IMG/VR virus record: IMGVR_UViG_2806310659_000001 | Coordinates: 13,142 to 77,141 of that record | From: a virus | Lineage: Duplodnaviria > Caudoviricetes | Direction: 5' to 3' (one strand) | Length of the DNA stretch: 64,000 nt | Part shown: piece after piece, positions 25,884-35,518 of the stretch | Position numbering within the stretch: position 1 is the stretch's first letter | Layout: the number at the start of each line of letters is the position of its first letter | Notes under the pieces: model-generated | Databases searched by the model: none | What the model was told of the DNA's origin: nothing | The model's input: only the letters and a program-made list of their open reading frames with translations | Program-made: the position numbers and the translations under genes

Positions 25884-26315
25884 ATGAATATCAGAGAGTA
25901 CGTCGAAGCTAAGGGCTGGCACGTCGAGGTATTAGAAGATCACGGCTTACAGGATCGCGACCCGTTCAACTACGTTGACGCTCCGCCGGCGAAATGGCAG
26001 CACTACAGCTACCGGGTGCGTGTCCACAACGGCAACGGTCAGCATTTCGACAGCCCATGGGCGCAAGGCACCGCGATTACGGCCAGCCCTACCGAGCAGG
26101 TCGCCGAGATTGTCGATAGCCTACTTAGCGACGTATGGTCGTACCAGCAGGCGCGCGACTTTGAAGATTGGGCGCTGGACTTCGGATACGACACAGACTC
26201 GCGCAAGGCCGAGAAGCTGTACCGGCAGATAGCGGCAATGGAACCGGGCGTCGTGGCACTGTTTGGCGATCAAGACGAGTTTGAACGTGTCGCTACCGAA
26301 GTAGAGAGGCTGTGA
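25884..26315 (+). CDS. hypothetical protein
   Basis: GGGAGG RBS; FEDWALDFGYDTDSRKAEKLY motif. Confidence 0.75.
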   Translation: MNIREYVEAKGWHVEVLEDHGLQDRDPFNYVDAPPAKWQHYSYRVRVHNGNGQHFDSPWAQGTAITASPTEQVAEIVDSLLSDVWSYQQARDFEDWALDFGYDTDSRKAEKLYRQIAAMEPGVVALFGDQDEFERVATEVERL

Positions 26316-26962
26316 CCATGCACGAACTTGACTCGCAAACGATCGACACACCGGCCGGCGAATACCGCGTGACGTGGTATCACGACGAGGACGCCAACCA
26401 GCCAGAGGACGAAGGGTTTAACCTCTTGGTCCACGGCTGGGAACGTTACGGCGCGGATAGCCGGATTGACATTGAATACGGCGGAGGGCATCTAGCCGGC
26501 GAGGTTATGTCGGTACTCCTCACCAGCGGAACGAATCGCGAGGACTCGTGGCCGTGGGAGCTGCGTAGTGGCGCGGCATTAGTCCGCTATCTACGGCTGA
26601 AGGACCGCAAGGGTGTCACGCTGGTTGACCTCGACTATCGTCCCGTAGAGCCGTCTAGCGACCGCTGGCAGCGTGTCTACGGCGTCGCGTGGTCGCCGGA
26701 TGACGCGACCGATCCTGACGAGTACGTGAAAAACCGTCTAGCCGAATGGCGTGCATGGGCCGAGGGCGATTGCTTCGGGTGGGTAGTGACCGACCCGACC
26801 GGTAGGGAGATTGAGTATGGGTCCGTTTGGGGTTATTACGGCTTTTGGGACGGCGGTCGCGAATGGTCGCTGGAAGATGCCAAGGGCGAAGCCATAGCGG
26901 ACGCCGAAAGCAGGATCGAGCAGGCTAACCGTGTTGGTGCCGGGATAGTGGGGTTAGTGTGA
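26312..26962 (+). CDS. hypothetical protein
   Basis: 216 aa; WAEGDCFGWVV..SVWGYYG motif. Confidence 0.75.
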   Translation: MTMHELDSQTIDTPAGEYRVTWYHDEDANQPEDEGFNLLVHGWERYGADSRIDIEYGGGHLAGEVMSVLLTSGTNREDSWPWELRSGAALVRYLRLKDRKGVTLVDLDYRPVEPSSDRWQRVYGVAWSPDDATDPDEYVKNRLAEWRAWAEGDCFGWVVTDPTGREIEYGSVWGYYGFWDGGREWSLEDAKGEAIADAESRIEQANRVGAGIVGLV

Positions 26963-27276
26963 TGGCCCACGAGTTTAAGCCCTACGCCGATAACCCTGAC
27001 TACTGCGTAGCGGAACTGCCAGATAGTGGTGACACGTGCAATCGGCCGCGCGAAGATCACACCGTGCACTGGACCGTAACAGATTTCAAGGGCAATAGCG
27101 TCCAGTTTGACGGTGGGCGCGACTTACACATCGCCCTGGACATAGCCTATGGTCAATACCGAGTGTCGCTTTACGGCAACGCTGAGCATTGGGAAATTGT
27201 TAATAGTGCCGGTGACCGATACCCGCGCGAGTCTGAATATGACTGGCAGGTTAATGAGTACGGGTATGAGCGATGA
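26959..27276 (+). CDS. hypothetical protein
   Basis: Overlap-coupled ORF, 105 aa. Confidence 0.6.
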   Translation: MMAHEFKPYADNPDYCVAELPDSGDTCNRPREDHTVHWTVTDFKGNSVQFDGGRDLHIALDIAYGQYRVSLYGNAEHWEIVNSAGDRYPRESEYDWQVNEYGYER

Positions 27277-27461
27277 CTGAGCTATGGGAGATTCTGTTTC
27301 CGGGGCACAGTTGTCACGTCGGGGCTGTCTATTTGCCATGCGGCGCGCCAGATGGCGATGTAATCCGCGCGGCCAAAGATCGATACGGCCGAAGGGCTCT
27401 TGCCTACCGCCGTAGCGGTGACGAGACATGGACGACGATTGAGCACGAGAGGATTTACTAG
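27273..27461 (+). CDS. hypothetical protein
   Basis: ATGA overlap. Confidence 0.5.
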   Translation: MTELWEILFPGHSCHVGAVYLPCGAPDGDVIRAAKDRYGRRALAYRRSGDETWTTIEHERIY

Positions 27462-27462
27462 C

Positions 27463-27726
27463 ATGGTCAAGATCTACAAGACTCTAACCCCGCGCCAGTA
27501 TGTGCGCGAGTATGGCGCACGAGTGCCCATCGGAATCCAGACAGTGAAGGTGCCCGTTTTCAATGTACGTCTAGCCAAGCATGGCAGAACGCACAAGCAG
27601 GACGGCGACCGCGATGGCGATTACACCGTATGCGGGCTGCCGATTACTCCTGACGCGGTAGCGGGCAGGGAAGTTACGTGCCAGGGATGCATCCGCGGGC
27701 TGCGCGCTTGGATCGATCAGCCATGA
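27463..27726 (+). CDS. hypothetical protein with C-terminal His/Cys motif
   Basis: GAGGA RBS; TH..TVCG..VTCQGC. Confidence 0.6.
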   Translation: MVKIYKTLTPRQYVREYGARVPIGIQTVKVPVFNVRLAKHGRTHKQDGDRDGDYTVCGLPITPDAVAGREVTCQGCIRGLRAWIDQP

Positions 27727-27950
27727 CCGTAGACCTTAAAGCCATCCGCACTACCGCCGGCCTCACCCCGACAGAGATGGCCGCGCAATTGGGGCTCAGC
27801 CCTCGCAGCGGGCGCATAACCGTCTCGTTGATGGAGGGCCGGGACGATTGGCTACTGTCGTCGCTGTCCGCCTACTTCAAGGCGTGCGGGGCGGTAGCGG
27901 AGTTGGTTGTGACGGTAGAAGGTGACGAGTTTAGGTTTACCGTCGCGTAG
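27723..27950 (+). CDS. XRE-family helix-turn-helix protein
   Basis: LKAIRTTAGLTPTEMAAQLG..VSLME..D..LSSLSAY..ACG. Confidence 0.75.
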   Translation: MTVDLKAIRTTAGLTPTEMAAQLGLSPRSGRITVSLMEGRDDWLLSSLSAYFKACGAVAELVVTVEGDEFRFTVA

Positions 27951-27986
27951 GGACGGTTTGATTACCCACGGAAGGGAGTAAGTAAC

Positions 27987-28220
27987 ATGGGAAACCCGGC
28001 AATGTACAGCGGTATGCTGGCCGAACTGCTAGACAACGTGCTAGGCGAATTTGAGGAGACAACGGCCAACCTGGGAGAAGAAGCGTCAATCGAGGATTAC
28101 GCGGCCGATGTTGTCAGCATGCTAAACCGTTACTACCTAGAACCGGACCCGCTCGCGGACCGGAATGAGAGCTACAAACCACCAACGTTCATTGTGGACG
28201 TGATGGGTGACGACGCATGA
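27987..28220 (+). CDS. acidic hypothetical protein
   Basis: CCACGGAAGGGAG RBS; 77 aa, Asp/Glu-rich. Confidence 0.65.
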   Translation: MGNPAMYSGMLAELLDNVLGEFEETTANLGEEASIEDYAADVVSMLNRYYLEPDPLADRNESYKPPTFIVDVMGDDA

Positions 28221-28456
28221 CCACCGGAATCGTCCTCCTGGCGACGTTCTCGCCAATCTGGATACAACTATTGGTCAATGGCGCAAAGTGGCCCAGCGGG
28301 CGAATCACGGTCGTTAAGCGGCGCGGGGAGATTTGGATAGGGCGCGTGGGATTCTTCTATCACAAGCTGTACGGCGTCGAGACTCCGCGATTCTCGCTAT
28401 ACGGTCCATCGCCGAAGTTCAAACGGGAGCTTGAACGGATTAGGATGGGGCGATGA
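28217..28456 (+). CDS. hypothetical protein
   Basis: ATGA overlap. Confidence 0.5.
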   Translation: MTTGIVLLATFSPIWIQLLVNGAKWPSGRITVVKRRGEIWIGRVGFFYHKLYGVETPRFSLYGPSPKFKRELERIRMGR

Positions 28457-28698
28457 GTATGCGTTCCGTAGGCCGTAAGGCTATGTTCTGCGTACTCGCG
28501 GCGCTAGTGTTCCTGTCGGCGCCCGACGCTAAGGCTGACCCGAGCTGTCACCCTGGCGCGTGGAACAACACGTGCGGGACATGGCCCGGGCAATTACAGC
28601 CAACATGGGAAGTACCGCCCTACGGCGGATGGGGCTACGGGCCGCGGTCACCGATCGCGTGCAATCCGATTGACCTCACCTGCCAGCCGTACACATGA
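28453..28698 (+). CDS. putative secreted Cys-containing protein
   Basis: Signal peptide ending APDAKA-DP; four Cys in the mature part. Confidence 0.6.
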   Translation: MSMRSVGRKAMFCVLAALVFLSAPDAKADPSCHPGAWNNTCGTWPGQLQPTWEVPPYGGWGYGPRSPIACNPIDLTCQPYT

Positions 28699-29157
28699 TC
28701 TGGCTTATCGTCGGCCTCGTCGGGGTCGGGCTGATCATCCTTGGCCATGTTGCCGAAGGGTGGCAGGTTGAACCTGTGGACGACGACCAGCCGGAACCGG
28801 ACGAGACGCCAACCGAAGTGCTCGACTGGAATGGCGACCCGATAGTGGACTTGGATCTGTAAGGAGGGTATGAAAGTGAGTCACGTTACCTGGACGGAGG
28901 ACACCCCGAGGGGGGTTGTGCAGGTTACATGGAACGGTGTCACATACATGGTGGACGGGGTAGTTGTGCCGCCAGAACGCTACACTGTGGCCATTGCGAC
29001 GGGGAATTGGTGATGAGGATGCGCAGCGGCCGGCGCAGAAGGGGCAGCGCGGGCCAGGGGGCGAAGGGCGTGCTGGCCGGCATAGCGGTTGTGCTAGCCC
29101 TGTCAGCGGGTACACATGCCTGTGACGAGCAGAGAGCGATACACCAGGAGGTCCGTA

Positions 29158-29379
29158 GTGTCGAACGATAGTGTCTACGTAGCGCACATCGTAGCTATTA
29201 ACGGCATTGGCTACATGAGTGCCCACCGCTCATTCCAAACGGCAGAGCAGGCACTCGTAGACAAGGCGATTGATTGGGGGTTCAATAGCCACGGCGAACG
29301 ACTTGAGGTTGTAGACGACCTGGACGACAACCCCTACGTCCGCAGTTACGGCGTCAGCCATCTTCCGATCGAAGCGTAG
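29158..29379 (+). CDS. hypothetical protein
   Basis: AGGAGG RBS before GTG. Confidence 0.6.
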   Translation: MSNDSVYVAHIVAINGIGYMSAHRSFQTAEQALVDKAIDWGFNSHGERLEVVDDLDDNPYVRSYGVSHLPIEA

Positions 29380-30554
29380 GGCTACATCATGCAGGTTGAC
29401 TATTGGCCGTACGCGGTGGCGTCGCTATTCGTCATACTGCTGATCGGAATGAAGAAGTTCGGATAGGAGGCACTATGTTGCACTACCTGCTGGTGATGGT
29501 CCGCCGGGGACTGTTTCAACAGCCCCGCAAGCATGGCTAAACGTCGCGCTGTACGGAGATGACACCGCGCGAGGAGCCACTATCGGCACCCCACAAGCAG
29601 ACGGGGCTGTCCGCCGGCCAGTCGGGCACGGCGTCAACCAGGCTGCGCAGATCGGCCAGCGTCCAGTTCTCGCGGACAACCTCGTGAATGTCGCGGGTGG
29701 TGTCAGCCATTTGATCCCTTCAACTTCTTGATCGGTAGCCAGTCGCTCACACAACACGACACCGCGATAGCGCCGGGGTAGGCGGCTGCGGTCTCGTGGG
29801 CGAGCACTTCGGAAGCGACGCGCACGACGCGGTTCAGGTCGGGGTATTGCACGCCGTACCAGGTTCGGACGGTCGGGAGAATCTGCACGTCAAAGTCCTT
29901 CACAATCGCCAGACCTGCCCGCACGAGCAGTGAACCAGATAGAGCCACATCGTCTTGTCGAGGTGTTGGCGGTGTCGACACACGCTGCGGTGCCACCACA
30001 TGAGGAGTTCGATCATTCGTCATCCTCGAAGTAATGGGTGCCACGACCGCAACCGCAATCACCATTGTCAGCGATTGGGAAGTTGCACTCGGTGCAGTAG
30101 AAGGGGCTCATTCGGCCCACGCTGCGTCGTGAACGTTGTCAACGATCAGACAGAACCATTCCGGATCTGTTGCACGGCCTGCGACGACAATCCACACCGA
30201 GTCGTCCCGGCAGTAGTCGTCGACCGTAACCGGCAGGCCGAGCAGTGAGCGATAGACACTATCGCGCGGACCCATCGTCAAGGGGCCTCGGATTAGGTCA
30301 GATGATGCACTCGCCGGCGTGTTCACATCGCCACCATTCGCATTTGTCGTCGTTGCAAATGTTGATCGGCTTGGTGTCGATCAATTCGAGAAGGTCAGCG
30401 TCGTCAACGTCCACGCGGATCACCTTCCAGATAGAAACCGTGCTCTGCCATGTGCTCAACCAGGCGGCCCTCTGCCGCGGCGCGGTTGATATCCTCCTGG
30501 CCCCACCGGGGTCCAAGGAACACATCCCTACCGGGGATTAGGGCGGGGCCGAGG

Positions 30555-30659
30555 TCATTCACCGCAGAACCAATCCCATGCCGACTCGGCTAAATCGCCC
30601 AACGATGATTCGCAAAACCAATTCCATGATGATTCGGCCAGCCCCACGCGGTCACTCAC
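30555..30659 (-). CDS. 34-aa peptide with internal duplication
   Basis: GTGA overlap; LAESSWNWFCE / LAESAWDWFCG. Confidence 0.45.
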   Translation of the reverse strand: MSDRVGLAESSWNWFCESSLGDLAESAWDWFCGE

Positions 30660-30980
30660 GATCCCACCAACACTCGCCGGGCGATACGCTCCACATTGAA
30701 GTTGGACACGTTGCCGGCCAGGGTCGAGGTGGGAACGTCCACGTCGCTTTCGGTCCACTGGCCGTTCTTGGCGCGCTTACCGCGACGCTCAGTGCGAACG
30801 GTCTGCTTGTTGGCCAGGAGCGACCCGAGAATCTGTTGGTCGATGAGGTTGGCTTTCGCAACCGGCTTGGGGGTCATCGGCGGCGCTTCCGGTAGGGGCA
30901 TTCGGGGAGTTTCGTCTTGTTGCCGAACACATCTTCGGCCGGCATGTAGCCGATCGTCTTGTTGCAATGCGGACACTTGT

Positions 30981-31244
30981 TCATGCGAAATCGTCCTCCT
31001 CGTCTTCGCCCTCTTCTTCGGACATGAACTGGTGGAACATTTCCAGATAGGTTGGCGACAAGGTGAAAGCGCGAGCCCACTCGATCAGCTCAAGCGCCTT
31101 GCCCATCTCGATATCTTCGCCGTCGCCCCCGTAGCTGAAGTCGTCCTTATGGATCACCCCATCGGCGTCCATGTATTCGACAACCCTGATGACGTTGAGG
31201 ATCACCGCCGACTTTGGGACAAGTTTCGTAAGGTCATCTCTCAT
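30981..31244 (-). CDS. hypothetical protein with acidic tail
   Basis: ATGA overlap with HNH stop. Confidence 0.55.
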   Translation of the reverse strand: MRDDLTKLVPKSAVILNVIRVVEYMDADGVIHKDDFSYGGDGEDIEMGKALELIEWARAFTLSPTYLEMFHQFMSEEEGEDEEDDFA

Positions 31245-31660
31245 TGGAACCAGTCCTTGCTCGTGCGGGGTTGCTGCTTGTCGTTGCCGGCGCCGCGGCT
31301 GATGTTGCACCGCAGGTGAGTGGCTTCCAGGTTGCGCGGATCGGTTAGAAGAGGCGACCCGGGCGGGAGCTTGTCGACGGGAATCTTGTGGTCGGCGGAG
31401 GCGGACCAGGGGTTCGGCTTGCGGCCGTGCGACTTGTCGCAGTCAGGTCCGCAAATGGTCGGAATCTCGTGGGCGGTGTCGACGGTGTATGCGGAGGTGT
31501 CCACGCGCCGGCAGATCGGGCGGAGCTTCTTGTCGATGGCCTGACCACAGCGGGCGCAAATCGAAGAACCGTTGATGACTATTCGGCGCGAGCGGAGGTA
31601 ATCCTTCTCGCTGACGCCGCTATACTTTCCGCCGGCCTTGCGTCTGAGGTTTCCGGGCAA
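31241..31660 (-). CDS. HNH endonuclease (terminase-associated type)
   Basis: CARCG..SADHKIP..NLEATHLRCNISRG; GAAAGAGG RBS before TTG; near the right genome end. Confidence 0.85.
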   Translation of the reverse strand: MPGNLRRKAGGKYSGVSEKDYLRSRRIVINGSSICARCGQAIDKKLRPICRRVDTSAYTVDTAHEIPTICGPDCDKSHGRKPNPWSASADHKIPVDKLPPGSPLLTDPRNLEATHLRCNISRGAGNDKQQPRTSKDWFQ

Positions 31661-31935
31661 GCGACCTCTTTCAAGTTCAACGGCTCCGCAAGCATCAACT
31701 GCACAAAGTGCTGGCGCAGAACTTTGGCCACCAGCGAGAGCGCGCCATCGTCGTAGGCGTGGGTCAGCTCTCCCGAATAGACGGTGGGCCTGCGCTTCGT
31801 GGTACCGCACTGAAATTCACCGATGGTCCAGTCGTACGTGTACTCCCCGGCGTCGGTCATGGGCTCGTCGCGACGGACGATAGCCACCTCGCCGATTTGG
31901 GTGGAGTTCACCATCAGCGGGAACCAGAGGGCCAT

Positions 31936-32184
31936 TTACCTACCGAACGGAAACGGAATCAGGCTCTTGATGCCACTCACCACAGAAGACACGATGGAGG
32001 TAACCGATCCGGTGACCGTCTGTCCGAGCGTGGTGATCACGTCATCGGCGCTCGCACTGATGTCCTTGCTCAGCGTGTCAATGGTGTGACTGGCGGCCTC
32101 GTCGATACGGCCGGAAACCTCATCCGCCACCACATGGGCGAACTTTGCGAGGCGGGCGTCGAACCACGCATTGAACTTGTCCAC
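31936..32184 (-). CDS. amphipathic helical hypothetical protein
   Basis: AAGGGGGAG RBS; TAGTG overlap. Confidence 0.55.
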   Translation of the reverse strand: MDKFNAWFDARLAKFAHVVADEVSGRIDEAASHTIDTLSKDISASADDVITTLGQTVTGSVTSIVSSVVSGIKSLIPFPFGR

Positions 32185-32906
32185 TACTCCCCCTTGAGGA
32201 ATGCCAACACCGGCAGAGGCTTGCGGTCGAACTTCCCGCGTGCCATGCGGGTCGGCGAGAATCCACCCGTCCGCGGCCGGCGGAATGTGCGACGCCGGCG
32301 GCTGCGCAAATGCTGGCCCCACTGGCTGATGAAGCGACGACGGGCGGCACGATTCGGGATCGGCGTCCAAACGTCGTCGTCGGAGGGCTCGTATTCGATA
32401 AGGGCGTTCAGGCGGTCGCTATCGCTCTTGACTTCGGCGACAGTCACAGGGACTGCCCACCGCTCGGTATCCCCGGCTCGACAACCACAATCATCGGAGG
32501 GGGCTCGATTGTCACGTCTTGGCCGTATTGTTCGCGGAGTGGCCTGTCCTGGCGGTCCTTGTATTCCTTCACCTGTTCCCCGGTTTCCTAAGTCCCATGT
32601 CCCTCGCCCACGAGCGTTTGGGCTTCCCGGGCTTAGGTTGTCCATACAGATTTGCCATCGTGGGCGCTTCCGTCATAGTGATGCGCAATTCCCACCGCGG
32701 GAAGCGATTCTCCCAGCGGAGGTGGTCGTACTTGCCATTGAGGGGGCGGTACTCCTGCTCAAGCTCGACGTTGTTGATGACGAATGACGTACCGCGAGCC
32801 TTGATAATCGAGGCATAGCCGTGGTGCTCCAGGTTGATGTAATCCCGAAGATCGCCGCAGGGCATGGCGTCGAGCATTTCCTGACAGGCGCGAGTTACGA
32901 CGGGCA

Positions 32907-33701
32907 TCAGACCGGCCGCAGCTCGGTTGTGTAGAGCATGCGCCTACCCTTGTTCCACTTGCCGCATGGGCAGAGATAACGCGGGTACTTGTACGAGGTT
33001 GTGTACTGGTAACCCCTGCGCTGCATCTCCGACTCGGGACGGCTGCACTGCGTGCAACGGATCTCGCCATCGCCGGCGGTGTCCTCGTACAGGGCGAAGT
33101 TCTCACCAATCCACGGCAGATCGTTCTCGAACAAATCCTCGGTGATCTTCACGTCGTGGATGTTGTACTGCTTCATGGTCCGCTGTGCGGCGCGGCGGGT
33201 GGCCCGATTGCCGTAACGGATGTCGTCCCAGAGATCCGTGCCGCCGTGCTTGACCTTCTCGTCATGCAAGACGTGCCGGGCCGACCAGTTCAGGGACTGG
33301 CTCATCAGGCCGCGGGAGAAGTTCTTCTTGGAGATCTTCTTCAGGTCGATGCTGCGGTAGGGTGCCGGCCGGCGCCCCCAGAGGCGGCGGAACTCGGCCT
33401 GGAACCATTGCAGATCGAACACGTCGCCATTGAACGTAACGACGAAGTCAGCCTCGTCGAGCAGATCGAACGCCACTTGGAGCATGGCCTCGTACTGTTC
33501 GGGGATGACGTGGTAGTTTTCGTCTTCGTCCCAGGCGGCCTTGAAGATCGTCTTATCCTCGCCGCGCCACTTTGCGGCGAAGCAGAGAATGCGCGTCGGG
33601 ACCAGGATTCGGTCCTCGTGAATGTAGTTGGAGAAGCGGTCGAAGACGCCGGCGATACCTCGCTGAGTCTCGATATCGACGGTGAGTATTTTCGCGGTCA
33701 A
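32907..33701 (-). CDS. DnaQ/RNase H-like 3'-5' exonuclease
   Basis: ExoI TVDIET, ExoII TFNGDVFD, ExoIII YNIHDV; C-terminal Zn ribbon. Confidence 0.85.
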   Translation of the reverse strand: MTAKILTVDIETQRGIAGVFDRFSNYIHEDRILVPTRILCFAAKWRGEDKTIFKAAWDEDENYHVIPEQYEAMLQVAFDLLDEADFVVTFNGDVFDLQWFQAEFRRLWGRRPAPYRSIDLKKISKKNFSRGLMSQSLNWSARHVLHDEKVKHGGTDLWDDIRYGNRATRRAAQRTMKQYNIHDVKITEDLFENDLPWIGENFALYEDTAGDGEIRCTQCSRPESEMQRRGYQYTTSYKYPRYLCPCGKWNKGRRMLYTTELRPV

Positions 33702-33713
33702 ACCGCTGTCCCC

Positions 33714-34232
33714 CTATTCCGGGATGATCTCGGTGAACGGCCCCGACTCGTCGTACTCGGTAAGGCACTCCCCGGCAAGGGTGCTGCCCCACCGCCAGTG
33801 GCCGTCAACATACGTCCAGGTATCACCGTCCGCGTCGATTACCTTGACATCGGTCGGAACCTCAAGCATCGACCCCCAAACGCGCGGCTTGCGTTCGCCG
33901 GCGTCGTAGAGAAGGGCGAACTTGATATTTCCGGTGTCAAAATTCACACTAGTGAAGTCGAACTTCTTCGGCTCTGTCGCGATCTCCCCGCCAAGGGCGA
34001 GGTAGCCGGCGCCGTCGACCCAACTGTCCACATGGTCCGGAGAGGTGAGTAGTCGGGCGACCTTGACCTGGTTCATGCAGAGGGCAACCTGCTCGGGTGT
34101 GACCGTGGTGCCCAAGATCGGCTCCCACAGCTTTCCGATGCGGGTGAAATTGTCCCGCATGTTGCCGTACGCCTCTTCACGGTCACCGCAAATGAGCGAT
34201 GCCGCGGTGGTCAGAATCTCGTCCTTCTTCAT
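33714..34232 (-). CDS. DUF6378-like protein
   Basis: GDREEAYG..NFTRIGKLW..VALCM..KVAR..DSWVDGAGY. Confidence 0.75.
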   Translation of the reverse strand: MKKDEILTTAASLICGDREEAYGNMRDNFTRIGKLWEPILGTTVTPEQVALCMNQVKVARLLTSPDHVDSWVDGAGYLALGGEIATEPKKFDFTSVNFDTGNIKFALLYDAGERKPRVWGSMLEVPTDVKVIDADGDTWTYVDGHWRWGSTLAGECLTEYDESGPFTEIIPE

Positions 34233-34711
34233 GCGTATTCCCCGCAGCCGTTGTGATGGGTGAAGTAGCGCCAGTGGACCCAGCCCTTCGGGCACCAGAA
34301 GCCCCACTCGCGGAGCTTGGGTCCGGTAATGATCAGGGTCCAGACCGGCTTTTCGCGGCCGGCGACATCGGGCAGGAGTTGTATCCGGTGAGTCCAATCG
34401 GCGGACCGATAGGCAATAGACCAGCGACTGCGCCACCGCAGACCGGTCACGCCAGAAGGGGCGGCCGGGTCGTCTACTGGAACGTGCTCCAGATACTCGC
34501 CCTTCAGGATCCAACTGAAGAACCACCAAGGGTGGTCATGCAACGCCCGGTCCTCGTCGGAGCGGAGGAACTTGTGAAGGTAAATTTTCAGGAGGCGGTT
34601 ATGCGGGAGCACGAACCAGCGCAGCAGGTAAGGATCGTCTGCCTCGCCAATTACATCATGCGGCTCGAACCGCAACCACTTCCGAAACCAATGATGGTTT
34701 TCGTTTGCCAC
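34229..34711 (-). CDS. cupin-like protein
   Basis: YLHKFLRSDEDRALHDHPW..GEYLE..HRI..WTL. Confidence 0.7.
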   Translation of the reverse strand: MANENHHWFRKWLRFEPHDVIGEADDPYLLRWFVLPHNRLLKIYLHKFLRSDEDRALHDHPWWFFSWILKGEYLEHVPVDDPAAPSGVTGLRWRSRWSIAYRSADWTHRIQLLPDVAGREKPVWTLIITGPKLREWGFWCPKGWVHWRYFTHHNGCGEYA

Positions 34712-34732
34712 AAGTTCCCCTTTGTGGACGGA

Positions 34733-34960
34733 TTAAGAGAAGATCGCTTTCCAGAGGCGCTTACCGATCGGATCGGCCCACCACGGGAGCGAGTTGAGGA
34801 GGTGCAATGCAACCCCTGCAATGACCACCCGGGTCAGGATTGGGTGGGTCAATAGCCATTCGTCGACAACGACGGAAAGTAGTTGGTCCTCTTCGCACGA
34901 GAACTCGTAGGCGATGATGCCCGCGGCCATGATTGCCCAGGCCTGCTTGCCGGTGATCAC
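34733..34960 (-). CDS. small membrane protein (start approximate)
   Basis: AW..AAGIIAYE..LLS..HP..ALHLLN pattern; two hydrophobic segments. Confidence 0.55.
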   Translation of the reverse strand: MITGKQAWAIMAAGIIAYEFSCEEDQLLSVVVDEWLLTHPILTRVVIAGVALHLLNSLPWWADPIGKRLWKAIFS

Positions 34961-35154
34961 GAGACCAGCCAAGGGCGCGGGGCTCCGAAGATCAGCTCCC
35001 AAAACTCAGGTTCCGGGAGGGCCGTGTCGTCCTTGCGGGAAGCCATGCATACGCGACGGTCCCTGGTCTTGTCGGGCCACTGCCGGCGCCAGTGCGAGCC
35101 CCCCATCCACGATGGGCGTCCAGCTCCGCAGTCGGGGCAGGTTTCGGCGAACAT
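34957..35154 (-). CDS. hypothetical protein
   Basis: AGGGAG RBS before ATG; CPDCG. Confidence 0.5.
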   Translation of the reverse strand: MFAETCPDCGAGRPSWMGGSHWRRQWPDKTRDRRVCMASRKDDTALPEPEFWELIFGAPRPWLVS

Positions 35155-35431
35155 CGGTACTCCCTGGATCGGGGGTTGCAAGTTGAGGCCGGCCCGTGGC
35201 GCGCGAACAGGGGCCGGCCGGGGCGCTTCGACCCGCGGGGAGCGCCCAGCCTGGAAGTTGGAAGGAGCCTTTTGGTAACCCGGTGACTCACGCAGGGTGG
35301 CGGCCACTCGACAGCCTCTCTGGGGCTGTTCGCCTGCACTCATCCGGGACCGCGGAGTTAAAGGGATAACCCACCACTAGCCGCGGGGTTCGGCGTTTTG
35401 TCAGGCGGAGCCGTTCCAAATCAACCGCCCG

Positions 35432-35513
35432 TGGAGATGTTCGGTGCTGCCCCGAAGTCTTGCCTGGTGCCGCGTGCGGCTTTCGTCAGACAATCGAACC
35501 TGGTCGCATCCCC
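35432..35513 (-). ncRNA. minimal tmRNA: tRNA-like domain only, no mRNA-like domain
   Basis: GGGGATG/CATCTCC acceptor stem with G3.U70 and A73; stemless D-loop CGACCAGGTTCGA; helix TTGTCTG/CAGGCAA; GAC connector; T arm TTCGG-GGCAGCA-CCGAA. Confidence 0.85.
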
Positions 35514-35518
35514 TAGTT

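Noticed and set aside
35432-35513. Ordinary tRNA-Ala, two-piece tmRNA, or ssrA integration remnant
   Set aside because: There is no D stem or 7-nt anticodon loop. The order is not permuted. Both acceptor strands are present and complementary, far from the integrase, which is a serine type.
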